From: an uncultured Nitrospiraceae bacterium
GTDB taxonomy: Bacteria > Nitrospirota > Thermodesulfovibrionia > Thermodesulfovibrionales > Dissulfurispiraceae
Length of the DNA stretch: 64,000 bases
Reading direction: 5' to 3'
NCBI GenBank assembly: GCA_964392915.1
Contig: CAYMRS010000006.1
Coordinates: 14,756-78,755, forward strand
In this document: positions 47,955 through 58,816 of the stretch, piece after piece
Numbering within the stretch: position 1 is the stretch's first letter
How the letters are laid out: each line of letters opens with the position of its first letter
Translations under genes and position numbers: made by a program
The notes under the pieces: generated by a model
The model's input: the letters and a program-made list of their open reading frames with translations, nothing else
Databases searched by the model: none
Told to the model about the DNA's origin: nothing

Positions 47955-50138
47955 CTATCTGTCAGCAAAGACACATGTCGAATTCATCCGCGTAAGGCAA
48001 TTTGAATTCAGGTCAAAAACCTGCTGGGAGGAATAATTTGTCGTAGCGCACAGGGTGGTACATGTAGTATTGGTATAAATATCGTATGTATCCGCAGGTG
48101 CTACGTTGATATTAGCGCTGTTGCTCCAGAGCACGCATGCGCCGGCGTTTATTCTGTACCAGCGATTTGCCCCGGTCATATTTTGGAGAGCATATCCTGC
48201 CGAGCAATTCGCAATGGTTATTGAAGATGCGCGGTCGCTGATGCGAGGGCTTACGCAGCTGTCCGTAACCCGTGAGGTGAACGCATACGTGCCTGCAGCC
48301 GTCGGGGTCCCGGAGATCGTGCAGCTAGCAAGTGTCAGGCCAGGCGGCAGTGACCCTGTCGGGATGCTGCAGGTGACGGGCGCAGTCCCGCCGGTGTATG
48401 TAATGTTCTGGGAATAGCCCGGCTTGTTGAGCGTTCCCGCAGCCAGGGGGACCAGCGTATTGTTTGTTATGGCAGGACAGAGCGTCACCGTTGTCGCGCA
48501 GGTGCTGAAGCCGCTGACATTGAAGACAGACATCTGGTATGTTGTCACTGCCGCGATGTTTGCGGTTGTGCAGCTGTACGAACCCAGGTTGTTGAAGTTG
48601 GCGCATGTTCCGCCGGGTGAAGCAAGCCATGTTCCATTTGCCGGGCCATTGGTTATCGCGGCCGAAAGAACGGTGTTTGTTCCGCTTACAACCGTGCCCG
48701 GGCTTGCGGCAAGAGTGCAGGTCGGTGTCTGGGACGATGCGCCAACGAAGACTGATGCGGAGCAGCTCGTGGTGCCCTGGGCAGTTGTAATGTTCAGGTT
48801 AAATGTGGTGGTGCCGGAAATAGAGGCGGTAGTGCAGTTGCCGCCGCTGCCGGTAACGCTTGCCGGGCAGGTGCCTCCGGGGGCTGGCGTCCATGTGCCG
48901 CTGGTCGCCGGTCCACCGTTGATTGCCCATACAAGCGTAACGGCTCCTGCCGATCCGAGCGAACTTGGATTCGCACTAAGTGTGCAGGAGAGTCCGGTGC
49001 CGGCATTGACCGCAACGGAGAGATTCTTTGTTGCCCGGCGATCAGGGCGCGCGCCGCCGGCATAGCGGCTGTCATCGACCGTTGCCGTGAAACTGTATGT
49101 TCCGGCTGTGGTCGGAGTCCCGCAGACGCATGGCGAACTTGCGTTGCACGATAGCGATCCGCACGCCCCGGCTGTTTGCAGGGAAAGTCCGGCAGGCAGA
49201 GCCGAAGTTGACCAAGCATACGGAGCAAGCCCTCCGGTCGCGCTGAGCGAAGCGGCATAATTCGCCCCGACTTGCCCGTAGCTCAGGATTTCGGTCGTAA
49301 TGCGCGGCTTGTTCGGATTGATGGTGATGGTCAGACTTTTTGTGGCAATGCGGCTGGGCGCATCGCTGTCGGCAACCTGTGTCGTGAAATTGAAACTTCC
49401 ATCAGTCGTCGGAGTCCCCGTGACAGCGCCGCCGACTGCCAGGGCGAGTCCCGGCGGCAAAGCGCCACCGGAAAGCGTCCAGGAATACGGCGCTGTCCCG
49501 TCAGTCCCTTCGAGCGTGACTGCGGGATACGCAAACTCTTCGGTTCCCGAAGGCAGGCTTTCCGTTGTCACGCGAAACGAAGAACACGCCTGCGCCCTTA
49601 TTTTGTCGATGTCGGTATACTGTACGATATCATCGTATTCAACTGCAGCCCCGGCCGCAGGGATGCAGGCGGTCGCTTGTCCCACTACAGGGATGGCAAA
49701 GGCTGTTCCGGTTGCACTGCCAGTCTGATTACAGAGATTTTCTCCCGTGCTGAAAACGATGAACGCCACGTTCGACTTGGTGATCGCTGTTCCTGAGGAA
49801 CTGTCATTGACTGTCAAAAAGGTGCCGGTCGATGTGCAGATGTTTGTGAGCGGAACACGGGCATACTGCAACGGATTGCCGTACGTGTCGGATGTCTTCA
49901 CCCCGAGCGCAGTGAATTCTGTTGTGGTGGGCAGGCGTTTGTTGCCGGCTGCAAATCCGAGAACAGCCTCGTACGCCGCCTTGACAATCTCACGGTTTTC
50001 GATGAGCTTCGCTCTTTTCGTTAGCGGTCCGATGAGCGATGCGCCGGCACCGATAAGAAGTCCAATGACGACAAGGACAATGGCAAGTTCAACAAGAGTG
50101 AATCCCTTCTGGTTTTTCTGCTGCGCCCGCTTCATCAT
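47955..50138 (-). CDS. giant type IV pilin-like protein (prepilin N-terminus plus repeated Ig-like, Cys-rich domains)
   Basis: 727-aa ORF. The N-terminus ..KNQKG/FTLVELAIVLVVIGLLIG is a class III signal with G-1, F+1 and E+5. It is followed by three units of the pattern ..Y..TL..TGG..PY.W.....LP.GL.L...G.I.GTPT..G.Y.F (putative-Ig-like), two paralogous Cys-bracketed domains and a Cys-rich C-terminus. Confidence 0.8.
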   Translation of the reverse strand: MMKRAQQKNQKGFTLVELAIVLVVIGLLIGAGASLIGPLTKRAKLIENREIVKAAYEAVLGFAAGNKRLPTTTEFTALGVKTSDTYGNPLQYARVPLTNICTSTGTFLTVNDSSSGTAITKSNVAFIVFSTGENLCNQTGSATGTAFAIPVVGQATACIPAAGAAVEYDDIVQYTDIDKIRAQACSSFRVTTESLPSGTEEFAYPAVTLEGTDGTAPYSWTLSGGALPPGLALAVGGAVTGTPTTDGSFNFTTQVADSDAPSRIATKSLTITINPNKPRITTEILSYGQVGANYAASLSATGGLAPYAWSTSALPAGLSLQTAGACGSLSCNASSPCVCGTPTTAGTYSFTATVDDSRYAGGARPDRRATKNLSVAVNAGTGLSCTLSANPSSLGSAGAVTLVWAINGGPATSGTWTPAPGGTCPASVTGSGGNCTTASISGTTTFNLNITTAQGTTSCSASVFVGASSQTPTCTLAASPGTVVSGTNTVLSAAITNGPANGTWLASPGGTCANFNNLGSYSCTTANIAAVTTYQMSVFNVSGFSTCATTVTLCPAITNNTLVPLAAGTLNKPGYSQNITYTGGTAPVTCSIPTGSLPPGLTLASCTISGTPTAAGTYAFTSRVTDSCVSPRISDRASSITIANCSAGYALQNMTGANRWYRINAGACVLWSNSANINVAPADTYDIYTNTTCTTLCATTNYSSQQVFDLNSNCLTRMNSTCVFADR

Positions 50139-50203
50139 AAAATAGAGATCTCCAACCGACCGCTGTAGTAAAGTTTATAAGTCATTATATCATAAGCCTA
50201 TTA

Positions 50204-50212
50204 TGCTATAAT
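50204..50212 (+). promoter_or_regulatory. candidate extended -10 promoter element (TGcTATAAT) for trpBA
   Basis: TGCTATAAT lies in the AT-rich divergent intergenic region, about 25 nt upstream of the trpB ORF start. I found no good -35 element. Confidence 0.4.
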
Positions 50213-50234
50213 ATTTTTCTCTATTCAAAGCATC

Positions 50235-51440
50235 TTGGGGGCTCTCATTCATAAGTTGCCTGACAAAAAGGGATATTTTGGTCAATACGGAGGTCGGTTC
50301 GCTCCTGAAACGCTTATGCCTGCGCTTGACGAGCTTGAGCAGGCGTATGCGTCTGCCAGGAAAGACAAGGCGTTTCGAGCTGAACTTGCGTATCTGAACG
50401 CCACGTTTATCGGCCGTCCGACAGCGCTCTATTATGCAAAGCGCCTGACGGAAGCAGCAGGCGGTGCGAAAATATATCTGAAGCGCGAAGACCTGGCGCA
50501 TACCGGAGCCCATAAAATCAACAATGCGCTCGGGCAGTGCCTGCTTGCGAAACGTATGGGAAAGAAAAGGGTTATTGCCGAGACCGGTGCGGGGCAGCAT
50601 GGCGTGGCGACGGCGACGGGAGCTGCCTTGTGCGGCCTGCAGTGCGAGGTCTACATGGGGTCTGTCGATGTAAAGCGTCAGGCGCTCAATGTCGTCCGCA
50701 TGCGAATGCTGGGGGCAAAAGTTGTCGATGTCCCGCTCGGCTCGCAGACCTTGAAGGATGCCATTAATGAGGCGCTCCGCGACTGGACTACGAATGTCCG
50801 CACCACCCATTATGTTCTCGGCACCGTCTTTGGTCCGCATCCGTTTCCGATGATCGTTCGTGACTTCCAGTCGGTCATCGGGAATGAGGCCCGGGCCCAG
50901 ATATTGGCCGCAGAGGGTCGCCTGCCCGACTGCCTCATTGCGTGTGTCGGCGGCGGAAGCAATTCAATGGGTCTGTTCAACGCATTTCTTGACGACGCGG
51001 TCGAGATGGTCGGGGTCGAGGCAGGCGGCGAGGGGATAGAAACAGGAAAACATGCCGCGCGCTTTGCCGCGTCTGGATCGGTCGGCATCCTGCAGGGGTG
51101 CAAAACCTATGTCATGCAGGATGAAAACGGCAATGTGCTCGAGACGCACTCTGTTTCAGCTGGGCTCGATTATGCATCAATCGGGCCGCAGCACGCCTTT
51201 TTTCATGACACAAAAAGAGTTCAGTATACATGGGCCACCGACGGTGAAACGCTTGAAGCGTTCGGACTGCTCGCGCGGACGGAAGGCATCATTCCCGCGC
51301 TTGAATCCGCGCATGCGATTGCCGAAGCGGTCAAAAGAGCCCGAACCCTTGGCAAAGACAAGATTGTGCTGGTCAATCTTTCAGGCCGTGGCGATAAAGA
51401 TGTTCAGCAGGTGGCGCAGATTCTGGGGATGCCGTTATGA
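50235..51440 (+). CDS. trpB: tryptophan synthase beta chain TrpB (TrpB1 class)
   Basis: ..[24 protein letters not shown].., [16 protein letters not shown] (PLP lysine) and GGGSNSMG. The start is uncertain (TTG at 50235 or TTG at 50256). Confidence 0.92.
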   Translation: MGALIHKLPDKKGYFGQYGGRFAPETLMPALDELEQAYASARKDKAFRAELAYLNATFIGRPTALYYAKRLTEAAGGAKIYLKREDLAHTGAHKINNALGQCLLAKRMGKKRVIAETGAGQHGVATATGAALCGLQCEVYMGSVDVKRQALNVVRMRMLGAKVVDVPLGSQTLKDAINEALRDWTTNVRTTHYVLGTVFGPHPFPMIVRDFQSVIGNEARAQILAAEGRLPDCLIACVGGGSNSMGLFNAFLDDAVEMVGVEAGGEGIETGKHAARFAASGSVGILQGCKTYVMQDENGNVLETHSVSAGLDYASIGPQHAFFHDTKRVQYTWATDGETLEAFGLLARTEGIIPALESAHAIAEAVKRARTLGKDKIVLVNLSGRGDKDVQQVAQILGMPL

Positions 51441-52246
51441 TCCGCAAGCAGAAGAATCGCATTGATGCCGTATTTGCCCGCCTGATGCGGGAGCGGAAAA
51501 AGGCGTTTATCGCATATATTATGGCCGGCGACCCCTCGCTTGAACAGACAAAGCAGCAGGTGCTGCTCCTGGAGCGGTGCGGAGTTGACATCATCGAGCT
51601 CGGCGTGCCGTTTTCCGATCCGGTTGCCGACGGACCGACGATTCAGCGTGCCGCTGAGCGCGCACTGGCATCCGGCACGACGCTGAGGCGAGTGCTGCCC
51701 TTTGTAAAAGAGCTTCGTGCCGCTACGCAGATTCCGATTGTGCTGATGACGTACTACAACATTATCTTCAAATACGGCGAGCGGCAATTTGTCCGGGAAG
51801 CGCTGGACTCGGGGGTCGACGGCGTTATTCTGCCGGATCTTCCGCCGGATGAGGCAACAGGATTTATTTCGTGCGCCAGGGCCGGAGCCGGCGAAAAATC
51901 ACTTGCAACGATCTTCCTGGCCGCGCCCACATCGACCGATAAGCGGGTTAAAAAAATAGTGTCGGCATCCAGCGGATTTGTTTATTATGTTTCGATGACC
52001 GGTATCACCGGCACCAACCTGCATGTTGATGAGTCGTTTGCCCGTCATGTGCGTTCTGTCCGCGAACGTTCCCGAAAGCCAGTTGCTGTCGGTTTTGGGG
52101 TTGCCAGCGCGCAGGATGTCCGCATGATCCGCGAAGTTGCCGACGGTGTTATCGTCGGCAGTGCGCTGGTCCGGACGTTCCATGAACGTCCGGATGACGC
52201 AGAGGCATTTATCAGAGAACTGAGGGAGGCGATTATTCAGGGCTGA
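51437..52246 (+). CDS. trpA: tryptophan synthase alpha chain TrpA
   Basis: 269-aa ORF with an ATGA overlap onto trpB. It has ..[11 protein letters not shown]......[22 protein letters not shown].. and ..GFVYYVS..GITG... Confidence 0.92.
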   Translation: MIRKQKNRIDAVFARLMRERKKAFIAYIMAGDPSLEQTKQQVLLLERCGVDIIELGVPFSDPVADGPTIQRAAERALASGTTLRRVLPFVKELRAATQIPIVLMTYYNIIFKYGERQFVREALDSGVDGVILPDLPPDEATGFISCARAGAGEKSLATIFLAAPTSTDKRVKKIVSASSGFVYYVSMTGITGTNLHVDESFARHVRSVRERSRKPVAVGFGVASAQDVRMIREVADGVIVGSALVRTFHERPDDAEAFIRELREAIIQG

Positions 52247-52314
52247 GAACCCGGGGAGATAGGGGAATATCTTTCACCTAATCTCCTTAGGACTGAACCC
52301 TGAATCCTGAACAT

Positions 52315-53166
52315 ATGGCATGGTTTAAAAAGAAAAAAGAACTGAAGACCGAGAAGAAGGTCAAGATACCGGAAGGTCTCTGGGTGAAGTGCGACAACTG
52401 CAAGGAAATCGTCTACAAGAAAGAGATCGAAAAGAACCGGCAGGTCTGTCCGAAATGCAATTATCATTTCCGCATCAGCAGCAGGGAACGGTTGCGGATT
52501 CTTGCCGATGACGGCAGTTTTGCAGAGCTTGACGCGGATCTTGCCACCACCGATCCGCTGGAGTTTATGGATAGCGTCCCCTATGCGAAGCGGATTGACG
52601 ACAACCGCATTAAAAGCGGACTGAACGAAGCGGCACTGTATGGAGATATCCTGATAAAGGGTTTCCCCGCTGTGCTTGCCATTATGGACTTTTCCTTCAT
52701 GGGTGGCAGCATGGGCTCGGTGGTCGGTGAGAAGATCTCCCGCGCCGCGGAGCGTGCGCTTGAACGCAAGGTGCCGCTTATTACGATCGCATCATCAGGC
52801 GGAGCGCGGATGCAGGAAGGGATGTTCTCGCTGATGCAGATGGCGAAGGTCTCTGCCGCTATCGGTCGTCTGCGGGAATCTGATGTTCTCTATATTTCAG
52901 TGCTTGCGGACCCGACATTCGGCGGTGTTACCGCAAGCTTCGCGATGCTCGGAGACGTTATAATTGCCGAACCGCGGAGCCTGATCGGCTTTGCCGGCCC
53001 GCGCGTCATTGAGCAGACAATCAAGCAGCAGCTCCCCGAAAACTTTCAGCGCGCAGAATTCCTGCTGGAACACGGAATGATAGACCTTGTGATTGAGCGC
53101 CAGGAGTTAAAGGATACTCTTGTGAAACTAATCAGCAACTTTATGCCCGGGGCAGCAGCCAAATAA
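52315..53166 (+). CDS. accD: acetyl-CoA carboxylase carboxyltransferase beta subunit AccD
   Basis: 283-aa ORF with an N-terminal zinc ribbon (CDNCKE...CPKCNYHFR), then ..MDFSFMGGSMGSVVGEK.. and ..SGGARMQEG... Confidence 0.93.
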   Translation: MAWFKKKKELKTEKKVKIPEGLWVKCDNCKEIVYKKEIEKNRQVCPKCNYHFRISSRERLRILADDGSFAELDADLATTDPLEFMDSVPYAKRIDDNRIKSGLNEAALYGDILIKGFPAVLAIMDFSFMGGSMGSVVGEKISRAAERALERKVPLITIASSGGARMQEGMFSLMQMAKVSAAIGRLRESDVLYISVLADPTFGGVTASFAMLGDVIIAEPRSLIGFAGPRVIEQTIKQQLPENFQRAEFLLEHGMIDLVIERQELKDTLVKLISNFMPGAAAK

Positions 53167-53169
53167 GCG

Positions 53170-54522
53170 ATGAGCTATTCGGCTTCGATAGACTACCTTC
53201 TCTCGCTGCAGAAACAGGGAATCAAGCTGGGCCTCGAGAAGATGCAAATGCTTCTTGGACTGCTCGGCAACCCCCAAAAGAGTTTTCACGTGATTCACGT
53301 TGCCGGAACCAACGGAAAAGGTTCTGTTTCTGCTTTCTGCTCGTCCATGCTTGCGGCGCATGGCTGCCGCACGGGATTGTACACGTCTCCGCATCTTGTC
53401 AGCTTTACCGAGCGCATCCGCATCAATGGAGCGGAAATAGCCGAATCCGAAGTGGTTGCCATAACCGAAGAGATTCGCGGGGCTCTCGATTGCCATCCGG
53501 ATGTCTCTCCCCCGACCTTTTTCGAGTTTGTGACCGCGATGGCGTTTCTGTTCTTTGCGCGGAAGAAGGTCGAATGGGCGGTTGTTGAAACAGGAATGGG
53601 CGGGCGTCTTGACGCCACGAACGTGGTCGAACCTGTCGTGTCGGTGATTACGAGCATCAGCATGGATCACTGCCGGCATCTCGGCAATTCACTCGCGGAG
53701 ATTGCCGAAGAGAAGGCGGGCATTATCAAGCGCGGAGTGCCGGTAGTGTCATCGTCCCAGTGTCCTGAGGTGCAGGACGTGATTGCGCAGACAGCCGCGG
53801 CCCGCGGCTGTTCCGTCGCTTTTCACGGGAGAGATTTTTTTGGCCGCGTGAAAAATTCTTCCCTCGACGGAACGGAATTTGACTTTGTTTCCGGCAATGA
53901 AACGCTTGCAGGATGCCGGGTCTCGCTTGCCGGAGCGTTTCAGGCTGAAAATGCGGCCGTCGCGCTGCGCGCCGTTTCAACGGCGCTCGGGGTCTTGCGG
54001 AATGGCGTTCAGCCGATCTTTTCAGTGGAGAAAGCCCGTTCCGGACTGCGCGATGCTGTATGGCACGGTCGCCTCGAGGTTGTCGACCGGGCGCCTCTGA
54101 CCGTTGTTGACGGGGCGCATAACCCCGCAGCGGCTGAAGCGCTTGCAGAATTTGTCAGAAGCTCGCTTGCGGAATGCGATGTTATTCTTGTCGCCGGAAT
54201 GCTTGCGGATAAAGATATCGCAGGAGTGATGCAGCCGCTCTGTTCCTGTGCCAGTTCTGTCGTCATCACGGCCCCGGACTCCTCCCGCGCGGCTGACCCG
54301 GAACTGCTCGCCTCATGCGTGCGGGAATGCGGAATGGATTGCGAGGTGGTGCCTTCGGTCCCTGCCGCGCTGGAGCATGCCCGACTGCTGTGCAGGAATC
54401 GTTCGGCATTGTCCGGAAGAGAGCCGCTGATTCTTGTCGCCGGCTCTCTGTATGTGGTCGGCGAGGCGCGCCGGGCTTGCGGGAGCGCCTCATTTCTTGG
54501 CGAGGTGCGGGAATGGCGCTGA
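53170..54522 (+). CDS. folC: bifunctional folylpolyglutamate synthase / dihydrofolate synthase FolC
   Basis: 450-aa ORF with the Mur-ligase P-loop HVAGTNGKGS, ..YTSPHL..F.ERI.. and ..VVDGAHNP... Confidence 0.9.
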   Translation: MSYSASIDYLLSLQKQGIKLGLEKMQMLLGLLGNPQKSFHVIHVAGTNGKGSVSAFCSSMLAAHGCRTGLYTSPHLVSFTERIRINGAEIAESEVVAITEEIRGALDCHPDVSPPTFFEFVTAMAFLFFARKKVEWAVVETGMGGRLDATNVVEPVVSVITSISMDHCRHLGNSLAEIAEEKAGIIKRGVPVVSSSQCPEVQDVIAQTAAARGCSVAFHGRDFFGRVKNSSLDGTEFDFVSGNETLAGCRVSLAGAFQAENAAVALRAVSTALGVLRNGVQPIFSVEKARSGLRDAVWHGRLEVVDRAPLTVVDGAHNPAAAEALAEFVRSSLAECDVILVAGMLADKDIAGVMQPLCSCASSVVITAPDSSRAADPELLASCVRECGMDCEVVPSVPAALEHARLLCRNRSALSGREPLILVAGSLYVVGEARRACGSASFLGEVREWR

Positions 54523-56600
54523 TACTCGCCTTCTTTTCAGTGATTGTCATGCTGGCATGGCCGTCAGCAGCTCCGGCCACCACCATTACCGCGGATACAC
54601 TTGAGCATTTCGAAAAAGAAGATAAATATGTTGCGGTAGGCCATGTTCGTATTGAGCGTGATGGAGCGGTGGTGACGTCTGATCGGGCGGTGCTTTTCAA
54701 CAAGACCGGCGATGCTGAATTGCAGGGAAATGTTATCTATGAAGATGCGACTTCCGTAATCAATACCGAAAAAGCGCTGCTGAACCTTGACAAGAACACG
54801 GGTTCCCTTGAAAATGCAATTATTTTTTTGAAAGAGCGGAAGTTTAAAGGAGTTGCCCCCGCACCGGGGAGCGGCGTATTGCCGGCGGCGCTGCAGGGGC
54901 AGAGAAATACTATTCACTACTGGATATACGGGGATCAGATTGTCAAGCTTGCGGAAGATCGCTATTATGCCAAGAGCGCGACGATAACATCGTGTGACGC
55001 TGAACCGTGCCTCACTCCTGAAAACCTCAAGAAAAACAGGTATCTCGGAAACCCGCGGGAGGTCGCTTCGTCTTCAAGGCCCCCATGGGCTTTCCACGGA
55101 AGCAATGTTGACATTGTCGCCGGCGAGGCAATAACGTCAGGCAGCACGACGCTGCAGGCCGGCGGCGTACCGGTCATGTTTTCGCCGTATTTCCGGGCAT
55201 CCCTCAGTGGCAGGGAAACGGGCTTGCTTATTCCGGGATTCGGCCACAGTTCGTTCAAGGGATTTGTTTTCAGACCGTCCTTCTTCTGGGCAATCGACGA
55301 CAACAAGGACCTCACCGCATCTGTTGATTATTTCAGCAAGCTTGGCATCGGCAAGAAGCTTGACTATCGCTATCTCGATTTCGACGGCAAAGGAGCATGG
55401 TCCGTCTATCATATTAAAGACACGGATGTTCAGAGAAACTATTGGGAAATCAAAGGCGCGAGCGATATTCAGCTCTCACCCGACAGCAAAGCATATGCGG
55501 ACATCAACTATATAAATCACCCCGATTTTTACCGGCGATATTCCGGAACGTCAAGCACCCGTTTCCTGCAGTCGACGGCAGAGTACTCGTCCCGAATCAG
55601 CAATAATCAGCGGGCCTATCTGATGGGACAGTATCTGATAGACCTGAACTACGGCGCATCCCTGCATGAATTGCAGAGGCTTCCCGAGTTCGGCTATGCG
55701 ATGCAGCCAACCAAAGCCGGTCCCTTTGTTTTTCATCTGTCAGGCAGCGCAACAAACTTTGTCCGATCGGAAGACCCGGGCGGTCAGCGGGTTGACATAA
55801 TGCCGACGCTTACGCATACGTTCGGCGATGCAGTGCGCTTCCAGCAGTCTCTTTCTCTGAGGGAGACTGCCTATTTATTCAGGAACAATCCCGCCAACAG
55901 ATCAGCCGAGCATCGGGAAACGTTCGGGTATCGTGCATCCGCAAGCATACGCTTCATGAAGCCGTATGATTCTTTCACTCATGTGCTGGAGCCCTCGCTT
56001 GAATACAACCTTGTTCCGCAGACACTGTCGCTTCCCCTGCTTGATTCCGCGGAGCTGTACAACAAGATTTCGGAGCTCCGCTTCTCGCTCATGAATTACT
56101 TCCGCTTCCGGGATTCCATTCTTGCGCTGCGCCTTTCGCAGCCATACGAGGCAAATCCCTTCGCGCGGTCAAGCCGCCTGCAGCCGACCCGGATTGAGGG
56201 GAACTATGCAGCAAAGGGATATACCGTATCATTCGATGTTGAGCATAGCTTTACCGACGGTGAAACACAGACGGCAAACAGTCTGGTCTCCATCGAGTTT
56301 CTCCCGCGCACAAGCATTTCGGTCGGAGAGAGGTATTCAAAGGCAAGCAACCTTATGTACTATACGTTCGGCGTCAGCACGCAGTACTTCAGGCAGTGGT
56401 TCCTGAGTGCAGCAACGTCCTATGACACCAAGGCAAAACCGAAGCTCCGCGATTTTTCGGTCACGGTGTCTCATAGTCAGCAATGCTGGGCGGTCAGTTC
56501 CCAGATCACGCGGCGGCCTGCCGGAGCAGGGCTGCCCTCCGATTTCAACTTCTCGCTGCTTCTCGAACTGAAGGGGATAGGCGTTCTGAAATTTCTATGA
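54513..56600 (+). CDS. lptD: LPS-assembly outer membrane protein LptD
   Basis: The ATG at 54513 (overlapping the folC stop) gives the signal peptide MALILAFFSVIVMLAWPSAAPA. An OstA-like N-domain follows (TITADTLE.....YVAVGHVRIERDG.VV.SDRAV......DAELQGNV), then a long beta-rich C-terminal region. Confidence 0.85.
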   Translation: MALILAFFSVIVMLAWPSAAPATTITADTLEHFEKEDKYVAVGHVRIERDGAVVTSDRAVLFNKTGDAELQGNVIYEDATSVINTEKALLNLDKNTGSLENAIIFLKERKFKGVAPAPGSGVLPAALQGQRNTIHYWIYGDQIVKLAEDRYYAKSATITSCDAEPCLTPENLKKNRYLGNPREVASSSRPPWAFHGSNVDIVAGEAITSGSTTLQAGGVPVMFSPYFRASLSGRETGLLIPGFGHSSFKGFVFRPSFFWAIDDNKDLTASVDYFSKLGIGKKLDYRYLDFDGKGAWSVYHIKDTDVQRNYWEIKGASDIQLSPDSKAYADINYINHPDFYRRYSGTSSTRFLQSTAEYSSRISNNQRAYLMGQYLIDLNYGASLHELQRLPEFGYAMQPTKAGPFVFHLSGSATNFVRSEDPGGQRVDIMPTLTHTFGDAVRFQQSLSLRETAYLFRNNPANRSAEHRETFGYRASASIRFMKPYDSFTHVLEPSLEYNLVPQTLSLPLLDSAELYNKISELRFSLMNYFRFRDSILALRLSQPYEANPFARSSRLQPTRIEGNYAAKGYTVSFDVEHSFTDGETQTANSLVSIEFLPRTSISVGERYSKASNLMYYTFGVSTQYFRQWFLSAATSYDTKAKPKLRDFSVTVSHSQQCWAVSSQITRRPAGAGLPSDFNFSLLLELKGIGVLKFL

Positions 56601-57472
56601 GCTTTGTTGTCTGTCTTGATAAAGACGCCGGCATGTCATCCCACGATGCGGTTGTCAGAACAAAGAAAGCTCTCAGGGTGAAGAAGGCCGGACATGCCGG
56701 AACGCTCGACCCGATGGCCACCGGGGTTTTGCTCGTCTGCATCGGCGAGGCGACGAAAGCCGCCGGTCTGTTCTCTGATCTTGACAAGGAATATGTCGCC
56801 ACGCTCAAGCTTGGCGAGATGACTGACACGTATGATGCCGAGGGCAGGGTTATTGAGACGCATGATACCGGTGGGGTTACTGCTGATATGGTGCCTGCCT
56901 GCCTTCCGGCATTCCGGGGAGCTCTTCAGCAGGTTCCCCCGATGTATTCCGCCCTGAAGCGAAACGGGGAGCCGTTATATCAGCTTGCGCGGCGGGGGAT
57001 AGAAGTGCACAGGGAGCCGCGGCCGGTAACGGTTTATGCGCTTGACCTGCTTTCCATTGCCATCCCGTTTGTTCGTCTGAGGGTCTCCTGCTCAAAAGGA
57101 ACCTATATCCGCTCGCTCTGCCATGATATCGGCCTCAGGCTGGGCGTCGGCGCGCATATGACGGAATTGGCGCGCGTTCGTATTGGCACTTTTATGCGGC
57201 AGCAGTGCGTCCGCATAGAAGATCTGCCGGAACGCCCGGATGCCCGGACTCCTCTGAACACGGCGCTCGGGCATCTGCCGTGGGCCCGATTTTCCGGCCG
57301 CGGACTGGTGCGCATACGCCACGGCAATCCGGTTCCGGTCGGGGATGCCGAGACGAGCAAACCGTTTTCTGACGCGGGCCTGACGCGGCTGCAGGATGAT
57401 CAGGGCACTCTTGTCGGCATCGGGCATATCCGGTCGGGGTCGATATATGTTGACCGGCTGTTTATTCTTTAA
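56597..57472 (+). CDS. truB: tRNA pseudouridine(55) synthase TruB
   Basis: The ATG at 56597 (ATGA overlap with lptD) gives ..DKDAGMSSHDAV......KAGHAGTLDPMATGVLLVCIGEATK.. and ..PPMYSALK..G..LY..AR.G. Confidence 0.92.
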   Translation: MSFVVCLDKDAGMSSHDAVVRTKKALRVKKAGHAGTLDPMATGVLLVCIGEATKAAGLFSDLDKEYVATLKLGEMTDTYDAEGRVIETHDTGGVTADMVPACLPAFRGALQQVPPMYSALKRNGEPLYQLARRGIEVHREPRPVTVYALDLLSIAIPFVRLRVSCSKGTYIRSLCHDIGLRLGVGAHMTELARVRIGTFMRQQCVRIEDLPERPDARTPLNTALGHLPWARFSGRGLVRIRHGNPVPVGDAETSKPFSDAGLTRLQDDQGTLVGIGHIRSGSIYVDRLFIL

Positions 57473-57496
57473 TTATCTGTTTTTGAAGGAGGTTGT

Positions 57497-58795
57497 ATGA
57501 TTCCGCGCTATACTCGCCCTGAGATGGGGCAGCTCTGGGATCCCCAGAATCGTTTTCAGAAGTGGCTTGATGTTGAAATTGCGGCGTGCGAGGCCTGGCA
57601 TGAGCTTGGTGAAATTCCGGCTGACGCGCTTGCAGTGATCAAGCGGAAGGCAGCGTTCAGTATCGACCGAATCGATGAAATCGAACGTGAAGTAAAGCAC
57701 GATGTCATCGCGTTTCTGACATCCGTCGCGGAATATGTCGGTCCTGAGTCGCGCTTTGTTCACAAAGGACTCACGTCATCGGATGTCGTTGATACCGCGC
57801 TTTCTTTGCTGATGCGCGAGGCTGCGGATCGCATTATCGCAGATCTGAAGGAATTGATGGCAGTGCTCCGTTTGCAGGCCGCCGCCTATAAGCATGTTCC
57901 GTGCATCGGGCGCAGCCACGGCGTGCATGCGGAACCGATGACCTTCGGCCTAAAATTCTGCCTCTGGTTTGCGGAGGCGGAACGCTCGCTTGTCCGCATG
58001 CGGCGCGCCCGCGAAATCATCAATGTCGGCAAGGTTTCGGGAGCGGTCGGAACGTTTTCGAACATTCCTCCCCGCCTCGAAGAAATCGTATGCGAAAAAC
58101 TCGGCCTCTCACCGGAGCCGATTGCCACACAGGTCATTCAGCGCGACCGCCACGCTGAATATATGACAACGCTTGCCCTGGTTGCGGGGCTTGTCGAAAA
58201 GATTTCGGTCGAGATCCGGCATCTTCAGCGCACGGAAGTGCGCGAAGTTGAGGAGCCGTTTTCCCCAGGGCAGAAGGGGTCGTCGGCAATGCCGCATAAA
58301 AGGAATCCTGTCGGCTGCGAGAACCTGTCGGGGCTGGCGCGCGTAGTGCGATCCAACGCGCACGCTGCGCTGGAAAACATGCCGCTCTGGCATGAGCGCG
58401 ATATTTCGCATTCTTCAGTTGAGCGCGTCATTATTCCGGACAGCACAATTCTGGTTGACTATATGCTGCACAGGCTGACAGGGATTCTCCGGAATCTGCA
58501 TGTCTATCCTGAACGCATGCGCGAGAATATGGAGCTGAGCTGCGGTCTGTTCAACTCCCAGAGGGTGCTGCTCGCCCTGATTCAGAAAGGGATGACGCGG
58601 GAGGAGGCATATCTCGTCACGCAGCGCAATGCCATGGAAAGCTGGCGGACGAAAAAACCGTTTATCGAGCTGCTTCTTGCAGATGCCGATGTAATGAAGA
58701 ACCTTTCAGCAGAAGAACTCAGCGCTATCTTTCAGCTCGATAACTATCTGCAGTACGTTGACTATCTTTTTGAGCGGGTCTTTGGAAAGCAGTAG
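57497..58795 (+). CDS. purB: adenylosuccinate lyase PurB
   Basis: 432-aa ORF with [12 protein letters not shown] and the fumarate-lyase signature [12 protein letters not shown]. Confidence 0.95.
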   Translation: MIPRYTRPEMGQLWDPQNRFQKWLDVEIAACEAWHELGEIPADALAVIKRKAAFSIDRIDEIEREVKHDVIAFLTSVAEYVGPESRFVHKGLTSSDVVDTALSLLMREAADRIIADLKELMAVLRLQAAAYKHVPCIGRSHGVHAEPMTFGLKFCLWFAEAERSLVRMRRAREIINVGKVSGAVGTFSNIPPRLEEIVCEKLGLSPEPIATQVIQRDRHAEYMTTLALVAGLVEKISVEIRHLQRTEVREVEEPFSPGQKGSSAMPHKRNPVGCENLSGLARVVRSNAHAALENMPLWHERDISHSSVERVIIPDSTILVDYMLHRLTGILRNLHVYPERMRENMELSCGLFNSQRVLLALIQKGMTREEAYLVTQRNAMESWRTKKPFIELLLADADVMKNLSAEELSAIFQLDNYLQYVDYLFERVFGKQ

Positions 58796-58816
58796 CTGAG
58801 CCTTCTGGTTTCTCTG

